DNA from: Elsinoe ampelina
Lineage: Eukaryota
Reading direction: 5' to 3'
Length of the DNA: 64,000 nt
Assembly: GCA_010093995.1 (NCBI GenBank)
Contig: ML992505.1
Coordinates: forward strand, 870,273 to 934,272
Positions 40,618 through 51,442 of the stretch are shown in pieces. The notes under the pieces were generated by a model that was not told where the DNA came from, did not search any database, and saw nothing but the letters and a program-made list of their open reading frames with translations. The first letter of the stretch is position 1. Each line of letters begins with the position of its first letter. Position numbers and translations under genes: made by a program.

Positions 40618-40930
40618 GGTTGATGATTTGTCGGCTGTAGTGCCCATTGGTTAGCTCAAAGGTTACGTGTGAGAGGGCTTCTGCTGGCCACCTCACTTAC
40701 CAGAAGGATATTGAAAGTTATATAGAAAGATTGCTCCCTCTACGCGCTTGCTGATGTGTAAATTTTAAGCTGTAATCTCTTGTCGTGCGTGAGTGATTCG
40801 CTGTGGTAGTTGTTGTCGTGGTGGTGGTGCGCTGCGGGTGGATTTTGGTGTAGCTTTCGTTTGTGGGTCTGCTTCGGCTGCCTCTTGCCTCACTCCACCC
40901 ACCACGCTGGCAAATTCTGTCATCAACAGC

Positions 40931-42330
40931 ATGGACTTGACCCATCCTACTATCGTTACCGTTCTACAGCGCTCTCGTCAAGAGTCTCGATCATCACAGT
41001 CTATTGCTGATCCATGTCACAACAGCGATAGACCTGCGAGCCATGACGAACAGCGTCCGCTACACGATGGCGCGATCGATATCACTGCAGCCTCCAATAC
41101 AACCACAACTGCCTTTCCAAAACCATCAATACTGCCTTTACATGTAGCGGAGAGCGATCAAGCATTGGAACATCACAATCCAGGACGTGGATAGGGTCTG
41201 AAGACTGGGCGCCGTCCTACATCATCTGCACACTCCTCAGGACGCGCGACCGAGTGGCCGTACGGCAAGGGAGGTAGGCCATCATGGGACTGAGGTCAGA
41301 CAACTTCTGTCCAGATGCCAGCGACGAGGAATATCCTCGAAAGCAACATGATATATAGCGACGCAAACAAATGCGAAATGTGATGAAAAGATCTCGACGG
41401 ACACCCGAGATCGACGAGCACGCCTCCGACAGCCTCACAGTAACCATCACTGTCTGCTCCGAACGACACACATCGGCACTGGGCCCTGCGTATCAACCAT
41501 CAGATGATTTGATTACGTCTCCGTCGCTCCGGCCAATACACCAGAAGTTCCTGCCTAAGAAGCCGGTTGACAACGACGACCTTCCGGTAGTGAACACTCC
41601 TCAGGGCACCTGATGCGACGCACTCATGAACGACCACGATGAATGTGACAAGCTTCTGAAGGTATGGCACTGATCAAGCGTGCTTCAGCCCTGAAAGCGA
41701 GAGCATGCCACGGAGTGAAGCTGGGCCGGCCGAACAACGATGCACATTCAAGCACGAGCCTGGGGCACGAGTGAAGACGATGGATGAACCAAAATGAGGC
41801 AGCAATGAAACGGCCAACACCAGGAGATTGAGCAGCGACCTGTTGGACGTATGACAAGGGCAGCACCTATGAATGACGGTGGCACTAGGCCCAGTGGCGG
41901 GGCCGACACCTTCGAGCAATGTCGATCATGCCGCCATGACTTGGCCTGCCAGAAATACCAGTATGTCGTCCTGAACAGAGGTCCAAAGACATCTTGTCGA
42001 CTTGTTCGCATCGATGCTGCAAGACCAAAGCCATCGAATGCATACCCACGACTTCGAGACGCCGTTCAGCACATGTCATCCGGGCTACTAGCAGTGGGTG
42101 CATCGCAGATCCATCGATCATTTCGACGTAATATTGCCATGGGCTGGGACCTGGCATCGCTGCAACATGTATCGACCGTGGGACAAGCAAGAACGAGAAG
42201 CTTGTGACTATCTCGCCTGTGGCTGCGCATGGGAAGACGGATCTCGTCTGCGGCACCCGAACCAGGTCTACTGCACCGAATCAGGCATACGATACACTAT
42301 GAGGCTTATCGCATCCGATGCTTAGGATAT
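40931..42330 (+). pseudogene. Decayed gene with remnants of a Zn2Cys6-like cysteine cluster
   Basis: ATG 40931 follows a C/A-rich leader. The protein-like frames are broken by many stops. EQCRSCRHD and a frameshifted VCRPEQR...TCSHRCCKTKAIECIP lie at ~41915-42050. Confidence 0.35.
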
Positions 42331-44555
42331 CGGCATGGTCTTGTGGTGCTCCCATGAAGAAGTGAGCGTCTGCTGAGCCAAATCGTCGTCGGATCGGACA
42401 TGTCGCTATCGAGGCTGCAGATCGATGAAGTAGGCCCGGTGGGCTAGTCCATGGTCGACTGTCCTCCGCTACATCACACTCGCAAAGACAGGATGGGGTC
42501 GCCAGGTCTTACGGTCGCACCCATTGAAGCAACGACAAGACGTTGTAGCAAACGCACTGCCGACTCTGTCCTCGGTTCCAGACTAGACATGGACGTAGTT
42601 CTGCGTCCGCTTGCCACAGTTGCTGAGCGTGCGTGTCGTGCATATGGCGATGCTGATGGCTTTGGCACATGTCCAGGAGCAGCTGCGTGCCGGACACCAC
42701 CATCATCAGGGAGATCAATGTGCTCGCTCGAGACTTTTTGACTCTCATCTATTCGGTCTTCCAGGCTTCGTCCATCCCACTTTCATACTGAACGGTCGAG
42801 CGGCAGGCAATGGAGACGTTGGCCCTGCTGTAGACATCAAGTTCTTTTAAGATTTGATCCACTAAGGCGTGAGGCATCACAGGTTTACAATGAGCCTCTG
42901 TGACGGGTCCTTCGGGCATGATGGAAGACTTGACCCATCACAAGCCTCATCGATCACCACACCATTCGGCATAGCCGTAGCCATGGCAGACAAGCCACTA
43001 TGACGATTCGGATCGATCAAAAAGCCTGAACCATGTCGATCCGCAGCTGCACGCTCGCTCAACCGCTCAGGTTCTGCATCGTCACTGCTCTCGCTTCTAT
43101 CCGAGCCCAATGCAGCTCTTACTGGTTCAGATCCAAATTTTGCTCGATCTGGGCTGGACCGGAGTACACCTTCCACCCTGATAGGACCTGTACTGCATGT
43201 CCTTCCATGGGACTTCGCTCGTCTGCTCTGGAGACCTGAATCAAGAACGTTGTACCGGCGGAGAGGATCCAGAAAACAAGACGAGTCGACCAAAGGGAAC
43301 ACATGTCTTGCACATGTCAGGCATTCATATCAATGCATCACGACATTCCAGCGTAGAGACGGAGGACGTTCATGATGTTGTTGCTGCATTCCTTGTTACA
43401 GCGGTCCCGCTTTCGGAAGGTGCAAGGCCGATGAATCCTGCGCAAGGGGTCCACCTAGCTCACCAAGAACGGCAAGTGCCATCCAATTGGGTCGGGCTTG
43501 TGGGTGGTGCATGTTGTAGATAATCTGTCGTGTCCCCCTTGGTGTTCCATCCGACTTTTGCTGCTTGTTCCCCTCGAGTCTGCATTCGAAGACCCGGCCT
43601 GCGCATCGGGAACCAATGCCTTTGTGGTGGTGGCTTTATTCGGAACATCTCGATTGCCTTGCTCTTACGGATCCTCAGCCTCGGACCTCTTCAATACGCG
43701 CTCTTCTACGTCATCTAGGACACGATCCCATTGCGCGACAGTCGGTGTACTAGAGTGCTGAGGGACCGCCGCAGATACTGCTGGACGACCTGCGCGGCCA
43801 AAGAGACGGGTGAATGACGCTTGGTCAGGCAACGTCGAATAGACATCGGGATGAATGCTAGGGCTCTGATCACCCTTTTCCGATGATTGTATCATCGGTA
43901 TGATGAGCCTTTAGAAGCGTCGAAAGGAGGTGCTACATCTATGTCGCCGCCCAGCTGGCATGGGGCGCGATGGCCACTTCCGAAACCGTCGTGGGTCGAG
44001 ATCATTTGAACACCATCTGGTGTTGATCGAAGGCATAGACTGCTTGATAGAGAGGGCTGGGTTCCGGGAGAAAGGTTGTAGCTTGTAGTTGTCGAGTGTG
44101 CGTCATGGTCATCTCGCCGCCGCCGCCGTGAGCCAGGATGTCCAGCAGCCAATTGCGCCCACACAGACTGCCGATAGCCTCACAGCAACAAGCATCTGGC
44201 AACTCGACAGAGAGCATGATCGTCCTCTTATTCAAGCTGCAAGGGAACTCGTGATGTCGCATACCAATATTGGTTGGCATTGTTGCGGGCGGAGTTCCTG
44301 CGAAAGCTTTGAAGCCAAAGCTGCGGAGGACAAAGACCAGGGTCGACATCACCACCCCATGGAACAAAGTAGTACACCATGCGACACCGAACGCTATCTG
44401 GTATGGTCCTCTTGCACTTGATCCGTAGTACCTGTTGCCGCTTGCAGGTCAACGATGCAATGTCGTCGTTGCTCCATTGCTGGCAAGGGCCATGGCCTTG
44501 CGCATACCTTCATATACTTTCCGACCGGGTCTTGCTTACGTCCCTTCTGAGTATC

Positions 44556-44773
44556 GGACATAAGGTAAGCAACTCCCCTAGCACAGCAGTAGCGCGCAGT
44601 GCAGCGGAGCAGTCGAGCAGTTGTGAGCAACTGCGAACGGGCTTCATTTAGCTGAAAGGAGTCCCTACCTCCAGTGGTTTCTACCACGCTCGAAGCACCC
44701 TCCTTCGAGCAGCAGCGGCGTCTGCCATCTTTTTTCCCACCCTGTCAGCGGCGTCTGCAATCTTTTTTGCAAC
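44556..44773. repeat. Diverged repeat copy A (with internal 33-bp tandem duplication)
   Basis: GGACA..AAGGTAAGC..CCCCTAGCACAG..AGCAGTCGAGCA..CGCTCGAAG..CTTCGAGC..CAGCGGCGTCTG..T-run; blocks shared with copies B-D. Confidence 0.6.
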
Positions 44774-44844
44774 TTTTGGGAAGGGGGGTGGTCTGAGGTA
44801 TAACTATATATACTTTTCGACCGGTACCTGCTCATGTCCCAAGA

Positions 44845-45001
44845 GGACATGAGAGGTACGTTCTTGTATTTCCTTAGTGCTTTCTCGCGCGTGTAGCCCA
44901 GTCAGCAAGCAGCATACGATCGGAAGGAGTAGATCACACTCCGCTCGAACCTCAGACGACCAGCCTTCGAGCCAAAGCAGCGGCGACTGTGTTTTTTGCA
45001 C
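44845..45001. repeat. Diverged repeat copy B
   Basis: GGACA..AGGTACGTT..TCAGCAAGCAGCATACGA..AAGGAGT..CGCTCGAA..CCTTCGAGC..AGCAGCGGCGACTG..TTTTTTGCA. Confidence 0.6.
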
Positions 45002-45481
45002 TTTTTGGCCACATTACTGCCACAACGCTACACGACACTCTACCGCTCCATCTCTGCATTGCTATGCTAGAGTGCATCGTGATCTTGAAGCTCAAAAGGC
45101 TACATGTGGTAGAGACCAATATTTTTGGTCATTCGAGCACGGCACGCATCTCGAACACAAGAGCGCGCAGCTTCTTCCAGGCACGCTCGGCCGCACAGAG
45201 TCACTGTCAAGCACAATCAAGCGAATTTGGTATGGGCTGGGTCAAGTCTTCATTCCGGGTATCACAAAACACTCCCAAACGCCTCCGCTGCTCTCCCTGA
45301 TCTTTGAACGCCTCCGCCGCCGCTTACTGTACACTCGGCTCATGATGTGGTATCGTTTATCGTAAACTGTGAGGGGTATCAGCATCATGTGCGACGACGA
45401 ATGGTGTAGCTCTTACAAAGGCGCTTGTCTTGCCTTGCCGCTATGCTTGTCGCGGACTTCTACTCGTCGGTATCTCCTTGG

Positions 45482-45640
45482 TCAGATTGTCAGCTTGAAG
45501 CGCACTCCCAAGGTGAGGAAGTCGAGGAGGTGCTCACCAAAGTGCTTCTCCCGCCAGTCTCTCAGTCGCTTCTTGAGCTTCCCCCACTCCACCATCACCC
45601 ACCACTTGCTCCGCCATGCTGTGTGCTTGATGTTTGCCAT
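45482..45640 (-). pseudogene. Decayed gene beginning with a histone H3-tail-like peptide
   Basis: A typical C/A-rich leader precedes AAAATG MANIKHTAWRS. The downstream frames are interrupted by TGA/TAG. Confidence 0.35.
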
Positions 45641-47335
45641 TTTCTTATGGCGATTCTTGGGTGATGGTTGGGGGGAAGTGGTGAGAAAGTGGATGAACCT
45701 CACATTTGCCAAAGTGCGTGGAGATTCTTGGCGTTTTCGCCAGCCTTCGATTTTGGCAGATGCTCGTGGGGCACGGGCGGCCGATTTGAGGGAGAAACAC
45801 ACCTTCGGCTAGTCATGGAAGCTCGAGGAGTCGAATACGTGCATACGATACGGGTTCAGACAGTAGCAGCGGCAGAGGGCAACTTTCTATTTGCCTTTTG
45901 AGGAGTGCCTGCATATCTCCTTGACCCGAATCTGCCCATGCAAATGCACGCCCCTTGATGCGTAGCTGGTAGTGACGCAGAGCTCACGGCCTCCTCAAAA
46001 TCAACACTTGCGGTCTTGGGAATAAGGCGTCTACGAACTATGGCTCCGGGATGAGCATGGGACGAAAGCGCACGACCTTCAGGTGCAACTGCCAGATGGC
46101 GCAAAACATCATCCCTGTGTGTGCGCCCATTGGCTCCTCCCATGCCACCATTGATCAGCCCTCGGGAATGTCCCCTCGATCTTGAGATACTATGCAGTGA
46201 CGCCTCTTGACAATCCCCCTAACCATGAGTGCGGCGGATATCAATGCCAAACCACATATATCGTGTGCGCCAGCTGGTAGGTGCAATCGCACTAAGATCC
46301 TCGTGTCCGCTCTGTCGGCCCACGTCAGGACCAACAACGCAAGGCACATGGTCACGCCTTTAGTGCATGGCTAGCATTTCACAAAGACTGTAGTCCACTG
46401 GCGACTCTCGTCCCCATTGTGCTGCCATCTGACGATACTGCGAATGTGCCGCAGGTGAGATTCTGCTGCTTGAGACGTGCGAGTCCCACAGATCGTGACT
46501 GTCCACCAATTTTGATGTGGCAGAAAGCCAAGCTGAACGCTTTGTCTGCCATGAACGGTACGATCAGTCGAGATGCTCGCATGTACTTTGAGCCCGGCTG
46601 TAGGACAAAGGGTCGCCGCTTGGGCTACAACAAAGGACAAAGGCACATAATGAGGGATATGCAACGCGATTCCGGTCGCCCTGCTTGTGAGGCTGTTACT
46701 GGCGGTGCGAGACTCAATACATGGACCTCAAGCCGTGTGTCAACATGTCCTTGTGAGGCATCTGCATGGCGCGCCAGTAATATACTACACAAAGAATGCT
46801 TGGGCGTGTGGTCTCATTGCAAGACACCCAGATGTGATAAATCGTCGCCGGCTGCTACCTCTGCACAAATGGATAGCCCAGTGTCACACATGCTGGTGAT
46901 CCACTTTCAAACAGCCCGCCATCTTCACAGATCCATCAATCATGGCCTCACGTAAGGATCATGATACATTGGCGATTCCTGCTGCGCATTTGACGCGTGC
47001 CGTGGAGAGATCATCCTCGAAAGGTGTCGCTAGCCCACCTGATCCCTTTTCGCATACAAGAGGATCCTCGGACGTGGCCTACAACTGCTATTACTTCGTG
47101 CTTGCTGATGATGCATTGGTACACGCATCTGCCAGGGATGACTGTGTCCTGTAAGCATTGAATACTCTCCCGGAGCGTGATGCTCAGATGTAGCATTGTG
47201 TCGCTGTACCAGAGGCATGCCCATTCCGCCAGACGATCCCCCACCTGCCTGGACCACCACGAGAATCCGCAAAGGCTGCACCACCAAATGACAAGCTTTA
47301 TATTGATTTACTTGTGGAGTGTCTTCCGTCCATTA

Positions 47336-47552
47336 GGACACTCTGCAAGGTACGTTTCCCCCTAGCACAGTCAGCAGAGCAGCAGAGCAGCAGCAGCAGC
47401 CAGCAGTCGAGCATCTTGTACTTCGTTTAACTTCCTGTTGAGGGTAATTTCCCGCTTCTTTCTCTTTTTGCCCTCGTGGCAGAGTAGAGAGGGGAGGGCG
47501 AGGGGTCGAGTCTTGCCATCGCCAAGTCGCCTCCGATGGCGCTGCTTTTTGG
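47336..47552. repeat. Diverged repeat copy C (contains CAG-rich microsatellite)
   Basis: GGACA..AAGGTACGTT.CCCCCTAGCACAG.(CAG)n..AGCAGTCGAGCA..TTCCCGCT..GCCATCG/CGATGGC hairpin..T-run. Confidence 0.5.
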
Positions 47553-47972
47553 TATCTTTGATGCTACAACCACGAGGAGTGGTCGGATTCACGATTGGAG
47601 ACTTGGAGATTGATCGTCTGGAGGAGGCGCATCTTTTGGCACTATTGCGATCATGATCACGATATCAGGAGTGGTTGTGGTGGCAAATGTGTGTCTTGAG
47701 CTTGCGAAAGTGCGAGCGACGCTTCGTCCGATGTGGCAGGGGACAATGCGTTGCTGCAGCTTTTGAACATGGCACAATCACTGCAAATCGCATGCTGTCA
47801 AGGGGAAGCACGAAAATTTGCAAATCACGCGGAATTACATTGGAGGCGGTAAGGAAAGCCTGCTACTGCGGCATGCTCTAGTAGTGTCTCGCCATGTCCT
47901 TCTCCCAGCTTGCTTTGCCTGCTGGAACGCTCTTCCCGTGGGATATCGAAAATCGCCAGCTCTGGTTGTACC

Positions 47973-48464
47973 CTATCTTCCCAAATCGCCAGCTGGTAGT
48001 ATGGTGCCCCTGACTGTCTCGATCGTGGTCACTGTGGGTGCCCTCCTGCCTTTGCCCATGATCTCTGCTATGCAATCCGGTAGCGCTGCCACCTTCTCCT
48101 CGCGCTCCCTCTTGATCCTCTCGAGGCTATTGGCATACCGCTCTTCTGCTCTCTTCTCGTTCCTGATGCGCATATCCTCCTCCAGTATAGAGATACCTGT
48201 TGGGCCACCGGTGGTGGGCTTCGGCGGTGGCTTGGTGGTGGGTACCTCCCTCGGATGCAAAAGGGGCTCGAAGTCGACTTCGATGAAGCGGTCTTCACCG
48301 AACGGCGCGCAGTCCACCATGAAGGTCTTCTTGCTGTCTGATACCATGGGCGTCCTGTGTGAGTGTCAGTCGAGCTCAACTCTCACCTGCGCCCGGTGCC
48401 TGGCTCTCACTCACTTGACGACGACTTTGCCACGCTTGGCATCGTACTGTCCGATGGAGAACAT
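47973..48464 (-). CDS. Orphan two-exon hypothetical protein (143 aa; possibly truncated)
   Basis: C/A-rich leader and ATG 48464. A canonical intron 48414-48355 (GTGAGT...CTGAC...CAG) joins MFSIGQYDAKRGKVVVK in frame to TPMVSDSKKTFMVDCAPFGEDRFIEVDF and a charged coiled coil. Confidence 0.55.
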
Positions 48465-48878
48465 GCTGAGCTTGTAGCGCTGCAGCGGATTGTGCTTTGA
48501 TATCGGGTGTCTTGTTGGCAATTGTGTTTGTGAAGTGATGTGGTGGTGTGAGGGTGCGAAGCTGTGATGGATGTGCAGCTTTGGCTTCACGAGCGCGGCC
48601 GGGAAGCCGCGAGGGTCACAGCCACCATATCCACCACTCATATATTTTGCTGGGTGATCATGGCAGGAAGATATTGTGCATCGTCTCGTCTTCTCTTTCA
48701 TGCTCTTCGCCACTGCTTTTGGTCATGCGTGCCAAATGTACGCGATGCCGGGGCGCAGTTGCATGGAGCGGCGGACTGCGGCCGGCACTTTTCGCCCAAG
48801 GTAGGGTCGCCAAATAAGTGTGTTTATAATATCAAGAAGCAGCTCTGGCCCCCAGGTAGGCGGGCGGTGGAGCGGTTA

Positions 48879-49074
48879 GGACGTTGAAACCAAGGTACGT
48901 TGATTTCATTATCTCCTTTGTCTTCAGCAAGCAAGCAGCAGCAGCCGCAGCATACGACAACGAGCACACGACAACAACAACAGTTCAATTCCCGCTAAGT
49001 ATTCCTCCCAACGATTGTATTCCACTACACTAATCGAAAGTCAAACAGCAGAGAATGAAGCACTTTTTTTGCTG
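48879..49074. repeat. Diverged repeat copy D
   Basis: GGAC..AAGGTACGTT..TCAGCAAGCAAGCAGCAG..GCAGCATACGA..TTCCCGCT..TTTTTTTGC. Confidence 0.45.
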
Positions 49075-50075
49075 ATTCTTCAGCCATGCTGGTGGTGGTT
49101 GTAATTCTTTTTGATCATGGACGCAGTCATAAGCAGTCGTAAAGGGGTAAGCGAAGCTGGTCAGCCAGCCACCGACAGCTACATGGCCACGGCGAAGCTC
49201 TCTTCCGGCTGGACCACCACTTTTGCAGCCCCAGAAGGTCTGCAGCAAGGACGGAGGCGCGGCGAATCTCCTCGAACAGACTCTCAAATGCGCAGAAGTC
49301 ATTGAGAATGTAGCAGAGACACACAAAGAGCAAGAACGCGATCAGAGTAGTGATCAAGTTCTTGTTTTGCTGAAATGCTCCAGCCTCTTGAATCTGAACT
49401 CTGGCGCTTCTTCACTGACACAAAATTGTGATCGCAGGGCTGCTGTACGTCTGACGAACGGCAATCGCACACTGGACTGATCGTACCACGAACGCAATCA
49501 CGAAAGTGTAAAGTTACTCCACCAGCTGAAGGCATCTCGCGAGAAACAGCGACTCGTTGCGCGTCAACAGCCATAAGATCTCTGCTCGCCTCGTGGGCGC
49601 AAGAAGCGACGCTGCACAACATTCTACAATCACAAACGGGGGCGTCACGACTCGAGATCTACTACAAGCAGGTTTGAACTCTCACGGCTTTGTTTAATGT
49701 CACGATTCTTTCGAGAGATTACAGGCGCCGTCCATTTCCACAACAAAGATGAACAAAGAGAAAGAGTAGACACCATTCGATCACGACACGACACTCGGAA
49801 GAGAAGCATTAGTCACGCAATATGCGAAACAAGCAATACACACATCAACCAGCGGCTTTCCCGAGCGAATTTAGCCCAGGAGCGCAGCGACGAAGCATGC
49901 GTGTAATCGAGTCTGCAGGATCCTGATTTCATCCTCCGAGTCTCAACAAACGGAAGTCACCGATTGCGAAATGCTATCTATCCCGCAACTTGAAGAGGCT
50001 GGATATTAAAATCGCGAAGAACTGTTACGATTTGACAAGAGGACTACATGGAGTTACTTTACAACGCGAAAACAT

Positions 50076-50867
50076 TCAGACATCATTGAACGTCCATGAG
50101 GCCAAGAAATACGGTGCGAGGCATTTGAGCCTGACCTGACCATTGCGCATCTCCTTCTGCACAGGTATGCGCGATAATGAGCACAAGAATGTGTACAGCT
50201 TGAGGTCGTTATAGACTCCGGTGTGGGCATACATCTCCTGACGGATCCAATCGGTAATTAGCAGCGGCAAGCCTCCTGGTACTGGTATGGTCGATCGACA
50301 CCTGGGAAGCACAATTTGCGCATCTGCCTCAGGTGCGATCCCCCGAAATATGGCAAGAATGCTATATTCTTGTGCAGCCACCGCGTGATGGACCAAATAT
50401 TCATCCAGATACTGCTCGAAATTTGGCAATCCAAGCTCGCGCGCCTCATTATAGGCATCGTAGATCTCGTCAGATGAGTCGACCCAGATTGCAATGATCG
50501 AGACGTCGCCTGCGCCATGGTTGATGTAGCGGCGCCTTCGCGCTAGTGCACTGTCCCAGGAGCTGGAAAACGAGAGGAGCGGCGTTGGATGTCTATTGCT
50601 GATATCGAGATGCCTCCGCATCGTCCTTCTGTTCAGCGCAGTGTGAGGGTTTCGGGAGACCATGTTCCCAGCCTCATCGAAGCTCTTGTTAAACCAGAGG
50701 TGTCTCTCGTCCCAGACTTCGGTACGATACAAGATACACGGTCGTCGCTCGGCCTGCAGTGGTGCTATAGCCATGATGCTCCTCTTATCGGACAGGAGAT
50801 ACGAGCATATATTAGGGCAAGACGATCGTCTGGTCTCTGAGGTAAATGCAGAAGAACACTGTCCCAT
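50076..50867 (-). CDS. Putative ADP-ribosyltransferase-fold (R-S-E type) protein
   Basis: Intact intronless ORF with ATG at 50867 or 50774. Ordered motifs ILYR, RHL...PTPLLSFSSS and DEYLV resemble enterotoxin/pertussis-type ART domains. No signal peptide. Confidence 0.62.
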   Translation of the reverse strand: MGQCSSAFTSETRRSSCPNICSYLLSDKRSIMAIAPLQAERRPCILYRTEVWDERHLWFNKSFDEAGNMVSRNPHTALNRRTMRRHLDISNRHPTPLLSFSSSWDSALARRRRYINHGAGDVSIIAIWVDSSDEIYDAYNEARELGLPNFEQYLDEYLVHHAVAAQEYSILAIFRGIAPEADAQIVLPRCRSTIPVPGGLPLLITDWIRQEMYAHTGVYNDLKLYTFLCSLSRIPVQKEMRNGQVRLKCLAPYFLASWTFNDV

Positions 50868-51442
50868 ATCACAAGGCCTGACGTTGGGAGACCGTGGGGA
50901 AGCTGCATCTCGGAATGACTAAATTTGGTATCCCGTCAAGCACGTCACGAGTCTAATGCTATCTCAGCATGGTAGTCTGACAAACGAGACATCATGTCCG
51001 TTCTCACTCTCAAGACTCATTTCTGTCCCCTTCCTTCCCATCTACATTTCTGTTTCCACAATTTGGACAACATCTGGTCCCCTCGATGAGCAATTATGTC
51101 CATTTCACAGCCCCGCCAAGTCAGTGCCGCATACCAGCGGGGTAAAGTGGGGGTCGGCCAGATTTTCCTGCCAGTGACCTTCCTCTTCCAACGAGTCAAT
51201 CATGGTAGCCGGAATGCTACAAGAGCGCTGCAGGGTCGGCGAACTTGGTCCGATATTGGAGTAAGTTCAAAGTGACCCTTCTTCCGTCCATCTTCTTTCC
51301 CTCTGTCCAATTCCTGCTTTCACAACTCGTCTTCCTTTACCCCGTAGCAACACCCAGCCGTTCACCCGAACCACCCTCCAAGCTCCTCTACCACACCATC
51401 ACAAATCACTTCCTCTCTCTCCTCCCTTCTTTGGCACACACA

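Noticed and set aside
40720..51240. Intact transposon, Starship captain or CRISPR-like array
   Set aside because: I found no RT, integrase, DDE, helicase or tyrosine-recombinase motifs, no terminal repeats, and the repeats are too diverged and irregularly spaced for an array.
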